64,000 bases of DNA from Candidatus Liptonbacteria bacterium. GTDB taxonomy: Bacteria > Patescibacteriota > Minisyncoccia > UBA6257 > 2-01-FULL-56-20. Numbering within the stretch: the first letter of the stretch is position 1; each line of letters starts with the position of its first letter. The notes beneath the pieces were generated by a model, which was given only the letters and a program-made list of their open reading frames with translations, made no database searches and was not told the DNA's origin. This document shows positions 29,210-38,517 of this stretch, one piece after another. The position numbers and the translations under genes are program-made. The stretch spans positions 541 through 64,540 of the forward strand of contig JACQKU010000011.1 in NCBI GenBank assembly GCA_016204335.1, read 5' to 3'.

Positions 29210-29712
29210 ATTTGCCCACCTTCCATTTTCTTCGCTTTCTCGAGCACCTTGTCGTTCAAATCCTTTTTATACTGGACGAGTTTCTGCTTTAAGCTTTCAT
29301 CCGCAATCGCAAGAATCTGTACCGCGAGAATCGCCGCGTTTTTCGCGCCGTTGATGGCGACGGTCGCGACCGGAACTCCGGGCGGCATTTGGACAGTTGA
29401 ATAAAGCGAATCCATGCCATTTAAAGTTTCTGTTTTTATAGGCACACCTATTACTGGAAGCGTCGTCATCGCCGCCGTCACTCCCGCCAAATGAGCCGCG
29501 CCACCGGCGGCGGCAATAATGACTTTCAAACCACGTTCTATCGCGGTTTTCGCGTATTCCGCGGCGCGGTCCGGCGTCCTGTGCGCGGACACCACGGTAA
29601 TTTCGTACGGCACGCCGAACGCTTCAAGCTGTTTTACGGCGTCCTGCATTACCGGCAAATCCGAATCCGAACCCATAATAATTCCGACCTGGGGCTTTTC
29701 CGAAGTTTCCAT
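29206..29712 (-). CDS. purE: N5-carboxyaminoimidazole ribonucleotide mutase
   Basis: 168 aa; [14 protein letters not shown] and [13 protein letters not shown] motifs. Confidence 0.9.
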   Translation of the reverse strand: METSEKPQVGIIMGSDSDLPVMQDAVKQLEAFGVPYEITVVSAHRTPDRAAEYAKTAIERGLKVIIAAAGGAAHLAGVTAAMTTLPVIGVPIKTETLNGMDSLYSTVQMPPGVPVATVAINGAKNAAILAVQILAIADESLKQKLVQYKKDLNDKVLEKAKKMEGGQI

Positions 29713-29722
29713 GGTGGTTATT

Positions 29723-30586
29723 TTAATACTTGCTCTTTAAATAGTCTATTCCGACCGCTTCGAAAACGTTATTGAAATTGGCAAGTATTATTTTATGGTC
29801 TTCTCTAAACATAACAATGTAATGAAAAAACACGTTGGGCAAATGGAGATTCTCCGAATCTTCGAGGCGAGCCTCGAACGTAAACGCGATTGTCTCCGAA
29901 ATAATGAAAGTTTCCTGTCGGTTCACATTGATGCGCTTGTGGCTGATGGTATTTTTCAGCGCGTCAAAATCATTTCCCCATATTATATTCAATTCATCAT
30001 TCGTTGGATCTTCGTAAGTCCATGGAATCGTATGTCCGAGATTTGTTCCGGTTCGGTCGGTAAGTGTGAGTGTTCGGGCATTTGTTAAATGACGCTTCTT
30101 GAAAATTGTTTGGGCAGTATCGTGAATCTCACGGAATTGCATTCTTGGCTTGATATGCTCAAGCCCTTCTTCCATCGCTTCAAGACAATTTCTGAAATGC
30201 GCGCACACCGCTGGATCGTCACCCAAATAGATCGTCATACCCCAATCGCCGATAATGCCTGATACACGATCAACCGGAGATGCATATAACATACCGGCGC
30301 TTCCCTTTTGCAATACCTTGCCTGATGCTGGCCAAAATTCTTCTTTGCGCAGCGTATCGTATTGCAATCTTCTATAATCGCCAGGCGCGCTGAAAAGCGA
30401 AGAGATTCCTCTTGGGGGCGGATCGTACCAGCCGGCAGGCCAGAGCGAAGTGTCCGCTGCAAGCTTTTTCCCTAACGCATCGCGAAAATCCGTTTCTGAC
30501 CATTCTCTTTGCTGTTTCAAAAGTTCCGCGACAAAATCGGATACTTTCTCTCTTATCGCGGCGCAAATATCAATTCTCTTTTCCAT
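29723..30586 (-). CDS. Hypothetical protein embedded in pur operon (possible M24/creatinase-like fold, weak)
   Basis: 287 aa, no confident family match; co-directional and tightly packed between purE and purQ. Confidence 0.5.
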   Translation of the reverse strand: MEKRIDICAAIREKVSDFVAELLKQQREWSETDFRDALGKKLAADTSLWPAGWYDPPPRGISSLFSAPGDYRRLQYDTLRKEEFWPASGKVLQKGSAGMLYASPVDRVSGIIGDWGMTIYLGDDPAVCAHFRNCLEAMEEGLEHIKPRMQFREIHDTAQTIFKKRHLTNARTLTLTDRTGTNLGHTIPWTYEDPTNDELNIIWGNDFDALKNTISHKRINVNRQETFIISETIAFTFEARLEDSENLHLPNVFFHYIVMFREDHKIILANFNNVFEAVGIDYLKSKY

Positions 30587-31357
30587 TTATTTAAAATATC
30601 TTACGCCGTTTTTGAAAATCTCCAAGCCGGTAGCATATTGAGGCAATTTCACGCCTTCTCGCCCCATTTTTTCTTTAAAATATTGCCAATGCGGCAGTTG
30701 CGTGAAAAACATCGCGCGCTCCGGATGCGGCATCATGCCGAGAATCCTGCCTTCTTTCGCGGTTATCGCGGCGATATTTTTTAAGGCGCCGTTCGGATTC
30801 GGCGGCAAATCCTGATATTCGCACATTTCGCCTTTTACATATGTAGCCGCGACCGAGTTGTTCTTCTTGAGCGACGCGAGGATTTTTTCGTCCGCGAAGT
30901 ATCTGCCCTCACCGTGGGCAATTGGAGCGGAAAGCGTCCTGATGCCTTGCGTCCACGGACTTTCGCCAGCCATTTTCAAATCAACCCATCTGTTTGTGTA
31001 GCGCGCGGATGTATTCGGCAGAAGCGCACCCGGCAAAAATCCGAGATTGGTTAAAATCTGGAATCCGTTGCATATTCCGACTACGAGCCGGTCCTGATTT
31101 ATAAACTCATCGAGTTCTGCTTTGAGATGATTTTTCAGTTTATTGGCATACGCTTTTCCCGAGCCCGTATCGTCTCCATACGAAAATCCTCCGGGAATCG
31201 AGAGAATCTGGTATTTTTTCAATCTGCTTTTTTCCGCCGCAAGGTCGTTTATGTGAACGATGTCCGCTTTCGCGCCCGCCAGTTCAAACGCGAACTTCGT
31301 TTCTTCTTCGCAGTTGAGGCCGTAGCCGGATAGAACGATTACGCGAGGAATAAGCAT
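30587..31357 (-). CDS. purQ: FGAM synthase glutamine amidotransferase subunit
   Basis: 256 aa; class I GATase with GICNGFQIL Cys nucleophile and HPERA. Confidence 0.9.
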   Translation of the reverse strand: MLIPRVIVLSGYGLNCEEETKFAFELAGAKADIVHINDLAAEKSRLKKYQILSIPGGFSYGDDTGSGKAYANKLKNHLKAELDEFINQDRLVVGICNGFQILTNLGFLPGALLPNTSARYTNRWVDLKMAGESPWTQGIRTLSAPIAHGEGRYFADEKILASLKKNNSVAATYVKGEMCEYQDLPPNPNGALKNIAAITAKEGRILGMMPHPERAMFFTQLPHWQYFKEKMGREGVKLPQYATGLEIFKNGVRYFK

Positions 31358-31386
31358 GGTATTAAATAATTGAGTTATTAAGTAAT

Positions 31387-34300
31387 TTAGTAATTCGCAA
31401 ATGTTGATTTGTATGCGGCAAGAATTTCGGGAAGCGGCAGTTTCATATTTTTCTTTTTCCTTCGTATCACGATTTTTTCCTGTTTCACGACCGAGCCGAT
31501 TTTCGCAAAGCTCGTTCCGGTCATTAATTTCTCGAATTTCCGCATATTTTCCGGCGCGACTGTCGCGATAATTCTCCCCTGGCTCTCGGAAAAAAGAGCC
31601 GTAGTGTCATTCGAAAATTTTCCGGGCAGTTTTTTGAGCGATACATCAAACCCGAGTTTTCCTCCCATCGCGGTCTTGCACAACGCGACCGCCAACCCTC
31701 CTTTCGAAACACTGATTGCGGAAGCGACAATCCCTTCGCGGACGCATTTCGAAAACGCCCGATAGAGTTTTCTGTTTTTCGCCGCATCCACGCACGGCAC
31801 CAAACTGTCGCAAAACGACATTCTAACATTCTGCAGAATATTAGAATGTTTTTTGTCGTCTATAAGTGATGCATATTCACTTCCTGCCATCTCGTCGTAC
31901 GTATTACCGAGCGCGTACACCAAATCGCCCGGGCATTTTGCGTCGAGCGATACCGTTTTTTCGGCGTCAGGCACCACGCCGATAGCGGAAATAAGGAGCG
32001 TCGGCGGCACTGAAATTTTTACCGGCTTGCCATCTTCGTCATATCCTTTGAAATCGTTGAACATCGAATCCTTGCCGGAAATGAACGGCGTTTCATAAGC
32101 GACCGCATAGTCGTAACATGCCTGCGCGGCGCGCTTGAGCTGATATAGCCGCTCCGGCTCGTTCGAACTGCACCAGCAAAAATTGTCGAGAAGCGCGATA
32201 TAATCCGGGTCGGCGCCCGCCGCGACAGCGCTCCGAATCGCCGTATCAATCGCGCATGCCGCCATTTTGTACGAATCGATTTCAGAATATGAAGGAGCGG
32301 CGCCGGAAGAAAGAACAATCGCTTTTTTTGAATCCAAAAGCGGCCGCACGGCCGACGCGTCCCCGTTCACTCTGCCTTTGCCCTGGAGCGGCTTCAAAAC
32401 GGAACCTGCCTGCACTTCATGGTCGTATTGCATCGATAAAAATTCGTAACTCGCGATATTCGGGCGCGCAAGCATATTTTTGATTGCGAGCGAAAGGTCG
32501 CGCGATTCTGTTTCAGCCGCTGACATACCAACAAACTCCAGTTTATAAGGATGTGTTTCTTTGGTGGCGAGGTGGCGGCGGGGCCAGCCGTCGTGCAAAA
32601 ACCCCAAATCCAAGTCCATTATTTTCTTTCCGCGATAGTTCACCGCGCACTTTCCCGATGAAGTAAATCTGCCGATAACAGTCGCTTCCACTCCCCGCTT
32701 TTCCAATAGCGAATGAAGCGCCGCCCATTTATTTTTCGGCACGGCGAGCGTCATCCGCTCCTGCGATTCGGAAATCCATATTTGCCACGGCGCGAGTCCC
32801 GGATACTTCAACGGGACTTTATCGAGAGCGACTTCGCATCCGTTCGATTCGCGCGCCATCTCCGCCACCGAACACGAAAGGCCGCCGGCGCCGTTATCCG
32901 TGATGCTGTTATACAATTTTTTATCCCGCGCTTCTTTCACAATCGCGTCGCTCAATTTTTTCTGCGTGATTGGGTCGCCGATTTGCACCGCGGTCGCCGG
33001 GCTTCCCGAATCAATCGCCTCGGAAGAAAATGTCGCTCCGTGAATGCCGTCTTGGCCGACACGGCCTCCGACCATCACGATATAGTCGCCGGGCTTGGCT
33101 TGTTTTTTATGCGACGGTTTTCCGGCCACGGTCCGCGGAATCAAACCGACGGTTCCCGCGAACACGAGCGGTTTTCCGCGATACCTTTTGTCGAACAGCA
33201 TAAATCCCTGCGGCGTCGGAATGCCCGAGCAATTGCCGCCGACATTCACTCCTTGAATTACGCCTTCCATAATGCGCCGCGCCGAGAGAATTTTTTCCTT
33301 CCGTTCCGCGTCGCGGTAAAAAACGCTTTTGTCGCCCGTTCGACCGGGCTCAGGGCGACCCTGAGTGGAATCGAATGGGTCGCGCGGGTCGGCCCCTCGA
33401 CGCGGCTCGGGGCAAGCGAAGCAAAATCCGTAGACATTCGCCACCGGCTTCGCGCCCAAGCCAAACCCGACTGTATCGCGATTCACGCCGAGAATTCCAG
33501 TGATGGCGCCGCCGAACGGGTCAAGCATCGAAGGAGCGTTGTGCGTTTCCACTTTGTGCGTGACGAGATGCTTATCGTCGAACGCAATCGCTCCGGAGTT
33601 GTCGGTGAACACCGAAACGCAGAAATCGCGCCTGCCTTTCTTTTTGCGGATTACATTCGTCGCCGCTTTGATGTAAGAGCGGTAAATTCCGTCTTTTATT
33701 TCATCGATGGGATTCGCGAAAATCGTATGCTTGCAGTGTTCCGACCACGTCTGCGCGAGCGATTCCAGTTCTATGTCGGTCGGCTTCCGCTTTTGACCAC
33801 GGAAATATTCCCTGATTGTTTTCATACTGTCGAGGTCGAGCGCCAACGGGCCGCGGCGGCTTCCGTCCGGATTCGCTATTCCCTCTTTCCCGATGCATGT
33901 TAACTCGCTGTCGTCAACATCAAGGTTTACAGTACCGACCGACACCGACGAAACGAGCGCAACTTTCGGCGCGCTGATTCCCATGCCGCCGTCTTTTTTG
34001 AATTGTTTGAAACTTTTTATCTCCGCGCGCTGAATCAGCGGATTATACAGAGTGTCTGCGACGCGACGCGCGTCCTCTTCCGACAATTTTCCGGAAAGGA
34101 AAAAAACCTGCGAAGAATATGTTCCTTGCCCGCTTTTGAATTTTTTTCCTAAAAAATCCTCGATTGTTTCTTTCGCGGTCGAGCCGATATTGTCGGTGAC
34201 GCCCGGCAAATATCCGACTTCTATCGCCCAGTCGAATTTCGCCGGCGCCTGATTTTGATTTACGGTTGCGCGTTCCACAAGCGGATTCTCCAGAAGCCGC

Positions 34301-34467
34301 GCGACCGCCTGCAACTGCGAACTGGTAAGATTCGCGTCAATGATATACGAATCAACCAAATCCACGGATTTCACATTTCCATTGAAACCGATGCTTTCGA
34401 GATGCCGGAGTTTTACCGCGGCTCGAGTATCGGGAACTTTGTATTTTATATCGATACGGGCGGGCAT
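31387..34467 (-). CDS. purL: PurS-PurS-PurL fusion: FGAM synthase II with tandem N-terminal PurS-like domains and two in-frame repeat-element insertions
   Basis: 1026 aa; two ~85-aa PurS-like repeats then PurL core (ETHNAPSMLDPFGGAITGILGVNRD...); insertions at 31818-31849 and ~33335-33425. Confidence 0.85.
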   Translation of the reverse strand: MPARIDIKYKVPDTRAAVKLRHLESIGFNGNVKSVDLVDSYIIDANLTSSQLQAVARLLENPLVERATVNQNQAPAKFDWAIEVGYLPGVTDNIGSTAKETIEDFLGKKFKSGQGTYSSQVFFLSGKLSEEDARRVADTLYNPLIQRAEIKSFKQFKKDGGMGISAPKVALVSSVSVGTVNLDVDDSELTCIGKEGIANPDGSRRGPLALDLDSMKTIREYFRGQKRKPTDIELESLAQTWSEHCKHTIFANPIDEIKDGIYRSYIKAATNVIRKKKGRRDFCVSVFTDNSGAIAFDDKHLVTHKVETHNAPSMLDPFGGAITGILGVNRDTVGFGLGAKPVANVYGFCFACPEPRRGADPRDPFDSTQGRPEPGRTGDKSVFYRDAERKEKILSARRIMEGVIQGVNVGGNCSGIPTPQGFMLFDKRYRGKPLVFAGTVGLIPRTVAGKPSHKKQAKPGDYIVMVGGRVGQDGIHGATFSSEAIDSGSPATAVQIGDPITQKKLSDAIVKEARDKKLYNSITDNGAGGLSCSVAEMARESNGCEVALDKVPLKYPGLAPWQIWISESQERMTLAVPKNKWAALHSLLEKRGVEATVIGRFTSSGKCAVNYRGKKIMDLDLGFLHDGWPRRHLATKETHPYKLEFVGMSAAETESRDLSLAIKNMLARPNIASYEFLSMQYDHEVQAGSVLKPLQGKGRVNGDASAVRPLLDSKKAIVLSSGAAPSYSEIDSYKMAACAIDTAIRSAVAAGADPDYIALLDNFCWCSSNEPERLYQLKRAAQACYDYAVAYETPFISGKDSMFNDFKGYDEDGKPVKISVPPTLLISAIGVVPDAEKTVSLDAKCPGDLVYALGNTYDEMAGSEYASLIDDKKHSNILQNVRMSFCDSLVPCVDAAKNRKLYRAFSKCVREGIVASAISVSKGGLAVALCKTAMGGKLGFDVSLKKLPGKFSNDTTALFSESQGRIIATVAPENMRKFEKLMTGTSFAKIGSVVKQEKIVIRRKKKNMKLPLPEILAAYKSTFANY
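31818..31849. repeat. 32-bp palindrome ACATTCTAACATTCTG|CAGAATATTAGAATGT inside purL, in frame (encodes HSNILQNVRM), one mismatch
   Basis: Core 31819-31848 identical to intergenic copy except G>A at 31840. Confidence 0.9.
33335..33425. repeat. GC-rich palindromic element inserted in frame in purL (encodes CPEPRRGADPRDPFDSTQGRPEPGRTGDK)
   Basis: About 75% GC stretch with stems GTCGCCC...GGGCGAC and CTCAGGG-cga-CCCTGAG in a gene otherwise about 50% GC; region between PurL conserved MGAKP and GGNC blocks is about 35 aa longer than in B. subtilis/T. maritima PurL (from memory). Confidence 0.6.
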
Positions 34468-35260
34468 TTATCACAATAATACCTCAACAAAAACTTTTCT
34501 GAAAATCTATGAGTATTCGCGAATAACGCGAATGCGGGCGAAATAACGCGAATTTGCGATTACTACTTAAAAACGAAGAACCACCGCCTGGCAGTCAGTG
34601 ATTCTCGCTGATACCTGACGGTGGTTGATACTTACCTTCTTGTGATACGGTACTTCTGCCTCAACACGATTATACCCCACGCCAAGCCCATAATCGCGAA
34701 AGGTAAAAAGGGTCCCAACGATACTTGAACAGGAAGCACGAACGAGCCACAAGCGACCGGGATAGCAACTGCCCACACTCGCTCGCGAAAGTTGAGACGT
34801 CGCCACGTGTCCCCAACGAACTGACAGCACGACCTGAAACCGTGGATAATGGGAATACTCAACAGGAGCAGAAAGAGCCCTGTTCCGAGCGCACTCTTGG
34901 CGATCTTCAGCCATTAGGAGAACTCGACCTCGCGCCGCGGATAGAAAACACCGTTTAAGATGTGTGCATCAAGGACAACAAGAATATACAAGAATGCACA
35001 CACTCCGACCGCCGTGAAACTGAATCCCAGGAAGAGAACTATGTTTCCGATGAGGTATCGCAGGCATCGTCCCAGTGTCATCTCGTTCTCCTTGCGATGA
35101 GAGTGAAGTGCGCTTCAATCCTATGCCACGCCTTGAGACGCAATAACCAAGAAAAATTCCGGGCTATCGCGTATCAAGGTGTTTCTTTGTTAAAATTCTG
35201 CCCTTATTGTATTCATTTCACTTCGGCAAGTCAAAAACGCGCGACTCTCTTTTTAACCGC

Positions 35261-36589
35261 TTACTTAAAAAGCGTAATACAGTACGCCAACAGCAAAATA
35301 AGCGAAACGGCGAATGTTATCCATCCGATGATATTCGAGGTTTTTGAATTGACGCTGTTTTTCATAATCGCGCGGTTGTTCGCGATTTTCAAAATGATGT
35401 AGATAATCGGCGGCGTAATGAAAGTGTAAAAAACAGCGGTGTAGATAAGTAATGTCACCGGGTCAATTCGGAAAAAATTGATGAGCATTCCAAACGCCAC
35501 TGCGGAGATGATTGCGGCATAAAATCCTTTGGCTTCGTGGAATTTTTTATTCATTCCTTCGGGCAGGTTGAAAATTTCCGCGAACATATAGCCGATATTG
35601 CCGGCGAGCACCGGTATCGCAAGAAGGCCGGTTCCTATAATTCCCGCGCTGAACGCTAGATACGCGAATCCTCCGAGCAACGGCTTCAAAACTGATGATG
35701 CCTCCACGAAGGTCACGAATCCCTGAACCCCGTGTGCTTTCGCGAGCTCCGCCGAGCCGGCAATAATGAACCACATAACCGCATTCGAAAGAAACATCCC
35801 CGTGAAGGTGTCTTCTTTCAAATTTTTGAGCTCGTTCTTGGTAACAATAATTTTGCCGCGCGGCTGAACTTTTCCGCCGTTGGCGGAGATTTTTTCCATT
35901 TTTTCTTCCACCTCCTGGTTTGCCTGCCAGAAAAAAAGATACGGCGAGATGGTGGTGCCGAAAATCGCCGCTAGAATGAGAATGGAATTTTTCGACAGAA
36001 CCATATTGGGAATAAGCGTCGATTCGAGCGCGGCAAACCAGTCAATGTTGATATACAAAACCGCCAGCACATAAAAGAAAAGCGCGAGTGTCAGCCATAT
36101 AAGAACGCGCGCGAATTTCCGATAAGAAAAAAATAAGACGCCGAGAATAATAACCGCCGCAATGAGCGGCACCAAAAGAAACATGCTTACCGATATCAAC
36201 CCTTGAACGGCGACTCCGACAGCAAGAAGGTCGGCGCCGATATTTATGGTAATGACAACCGTCGAAATGAACGCAATAATAAAAAGAACGTATTTCGGAT
36301 ATCGTTCTTTGATAATTCGTATAAGCCCCTTCTCCGTCACCAAGCCGATTCTGCCGGACATTTCCTGGATTCCATACATCATCGGCAGTGTCGCGAGGGC
36401 GGTCCAAAGCGCGCCGAAACCGAGCATCGCGCCCCCTTGGAGATACGTTAAAATTCCCGATGGGTCGTCGTCGGACGCGCCGGTGGTAAATCCTGGCCCG
36501 AGCCGTTTCAAAAATTTTTTAATCACTCTTTTTTCTCTTGACTCTCGGCTTCGGAAAAATGTTTTATGATACTCGCCGATAAACCGCAT
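35261..36589 (-). CDS. mntH: NRAMP-family divalent metal (Mn2+/Fe2+) transporter
   Basis: GPGFTTGASDDDPSG and MPH-like motifs, 11-12 TM; start placed at internal Met (MRFIGEYHK) 33 aa before GPGF as in E. coli MntH. Confidence 0.8.
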   Translation of the reverse strand: MRFIGEYHKTFFRSRESREKRVIKKFLKRLGPGFTTGASDDDPSGILTYLQGGAMLGFGALWTALATLPMMYGIQEMSGRIGLVTEKGLIRIIKERYPKYVLFIIAFISTVVITINIGADLLAVGVAVQGLISVSMFLLVPLIAAVIILGVLFFSYRKFARVLIWLTLALFFYVLAVLYINIDWFAALESTLIPNMVLSKNSILILAAIFGTTISPYLFFWQANQEVEEKMEKISANGGKVQPRGKIIVTKNELKNLKEDTFTGMFLSNAVMWFIIAGSAELAKAHGVQGFVTFVEASSVLKPLLGGFAYLAFSAGIIGTGLLAIPVLAGNIGYMFAEIFNLPEGMNKKFHEAKGFYAAIISAVAFGMLINFFRIDPVTLLIYTAVFYTFITPPIIYIILKIANNRAIMKNSVNSKTSNIIGWITFAVSLILLLAYCITLFK

Positions 36590-36774
36590 TCGTAATGGAT
36601 TCGATTGATATTCGGCAGTTTTTCTTCGTAGAAATAAATATCGCAACTTTTGCAGTAGTAATGGGTCTTCATAATTGTTTGGTCTCGGATTCTGGAACGC
36701 GGGACTAAAATTGTTGCTTCAATATTAGCAAATGGGGCGATTAATAGAAATAGATTTATCAACAGGAAGAATTG

Positions 36775-36853
36775 ACCCCCGCACCTAATGAGGATAATAA
36801 TTTGAAAACGACGCGAAGCTTATTAACTCACAATCCTCATTAGGTGCGGGGGT
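36775..36853. promoter_or_regulatory. 20-bp perfect inverted repeat ACCCCCGCACCTAATGAGGA ... TCCTCATTAGGTGCGGGGGT with 39-nt spacer in divergent promoter region of mntH and 36914 gene
   Basis: Arms 36775-36794 and 36834-36853 are exact reverse complements. Confidence 0.6.
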
Positions 36854-36913
36854 TGAACTATCGCCTGAAGCGAGTACAATGCATCAAAAGGCCGAATAAA
36901 TATAAAAAATAAA

Positions 36914-37462
36914 ATGACAGCACGTATAAAATTTTTCATCGTAATTGCAGTACTCGGAGCCGCCGCAATCGGTTATTTCCTGCTTCAAACTCCTTCTCAA
37001 CCACAGCCGCAATCACCAGAAGAAGGAATCGGGGTCCAAACCCCATCATCTTCATATGATGACAGCCAAACAAACCCGCAAACCGCATCTTCATCGGTAA
37101 GCGCGCCTCAACAGCCAACCCCAACCGAGAACACGTCCGTCAAGCCAAATATCGTAACAGTCGCCTACACCGACCTGGGATTTTCGCCTGCCTCCGTTTC
37201 CATCCGGAAAGGAGAAACGGTCAAATTCGTCAATCAGTCCCCGGAGCCGATGTGGGTCGCTTCCGGAGTACATCCGACGCACGAAGTGTATGGCGGAACG
37301 ACACTGGCACAACACTGTCCGGATGCCGAGAATCTGACATTCGATGAATGTAATGGCGCGCCTTCGGGCCAAAGCTGGATATTCACCTTTACAAAGAGCG
37401 GCAGTTGGGGATACCACAATCACCTCCGCGCCCGAGACAAAGGAACTGTAACAGTAGAGTAG
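36914..37462 (+). CDS. Secreted cupredoxin-like domain protein with low-complexity Pro/Gln/Ser linker
   Basis: N-terminal TM/signal, then SIRKGETVKFVNQS beta-sandwich start and His/Cys cluster HPTHEVY...HCPD...C; assignment weak. Confidence 0.4.
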   Translation: MTARIKFFIVIAVLGAAAIGYFLLQTPSQPQPQSPEEGIGVQTPSSSYDDSQTNPQTASSSVSAPQQPTPTENTSVKPNIVTVAYTDLGFSPASVSIRKGETVKFVNQSPEPMWVASGVHPTHEVYGGTTLAQHCPDAENLTFDECNGAPSGQSWIFTFTKSGSWGYHNHLRARDKGTVTVE

Positions 37463-37468
37463 AAAAAT

Positions 37469-38515
37469 ATGTCCCAAAATATTTTTCTCGCGGCAATCTT
37501 TATAGCGGTACTCGCCGGTTTTTATGTTCTATGGTCGGCTTTGCGCCGCCGCGACGAAGAAAAAAAACCGGACCAGTCCTCGCTTCTTATTCAAAATCAG
37601 CTGAACGAGCTGACGCGGACGCTTGACTTAAAACTCGGCGACGTGGGACGCGCCACGGAACATCAGTTCAGCCAGAGCGTGAAAATAGTCGGCGAAGTTA
37701 TGGAGCGGCTGACAAAACTCGACGAAACTAACAAGCAGGTCGTCAACTTCGCCGACCAGCTGAAAAATCTGCAGGATATTTTGAAAAATCCGAAACAGCG
37801 CGGCGTACTCGGCGAATATTATCTCGAAACAATCCTACGGAATATTTTCCCGCCGTCGAATTATCAGATGCAGTATCCGTTCAAAGACGGCACGATTGTA
37901 GACGCGGTCATTTTCATCGGCAACCAGGTCGTGCCGGTTGATTCAAAATTCAGTTTGGAAAATTACAACCGTTTGATAAACGAATCGGACGCTCTGGCGC
38001 GCGAACGACTCGAAAAACAATTCGTTGCTGATTTGAAAGCGCGGATTGACGAAACCGCGAAATACATCAAACCCGGAGAAGGAACCGTGAATCTCGCGTT
38101 TATGTTTATTCCGTCAGAAGCGATTTATTACGACCTTCTCATAAACCAGGTCGGAGCGACAAAATCAAACACGCGCGACTTGATTGACTACGCCTACAAC
38201 GAAAAGCACGTGATTATCGTATCTCCGACAACGTTCTCCGCGTATCTTCAGGTATTGTTCCAGGCGCTCCGCGCGTTCAAAATTCAGGAATCAACCGAGG
38301 AGATAAAAAAGGAAATCGAAAAACTGACCGGCCATCTTTCGAAATACGACGACTTTATGCTGAAAGTCGGAAAAAATCTCAGCCAGACGGTTTCAAGCTA
38401 CAACACCGCTTACAAAGAATTCTCGAAAATCGACAAAGATATTTTGAAAATCACAGGCGAATCAATCGATGTTGAGCCGCTCGTTTTGGAACGACCGCAG
38501 GAAGTTGAGAAATAA
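37469..38515 (+). CDS. rmuC: DNA recombination protein RmuC
   Basis: 348 aa; N-terminal TM, coiled-coil, C-terminal RmuC nuclease-like domain (NLAFMFIPSEAIYYDL). Confidence 0.8.
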   Translation: MSQNIFLAAIFIAVLAGFYVLWSALRRRDEEKKPDQSSLLIQNQLNELTRTLDLKLGDVGRATEHQFSQSVKIVGEVMERLTKLDETNKQVVNFADQLKNLQDILKNPKQRGVLGEYYLETILRNIFPPSNYQMQYPFKDGTIVDAVIFIGNQVVPVDSKFSLENYNRLINESDALARERLEKQFVADLKARIDETAKYIKPGEGTVNLAFMFIPSEAIYYDLLINQVGATKSNTRDLIDYAYNEKHVIIVSPTTFSAYLQVLFQALRAFKIQESTEEIKKEIEKLTGHLSKYDDFMLKVGKNLSQTVSSYNTAYKEFSKIDKDILKITGESIDVEPLVLERPQEVEK

Positions 38516-38517
38516 AC

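Noticed and set aside
34567-35090. Pair of small hydrophobic minus-strand ORFs (about 55 aa and 76-115 aa) between purL and mntH
   Set aside because: Competing overlapping frames, non-ATG starts in the tracker, no RBS or homology; could be real small membrane proteins but not supportable.
36523-36762. 79-aa ORF overlapping the mntH 5' end with CKSC...YECG zinc-finger-like motif
   Set aside because: Overlaps the better-supported mntH N-terminus in another frame; the tracker start is non-ATG; kept only as a note in the mntH promoter finding.
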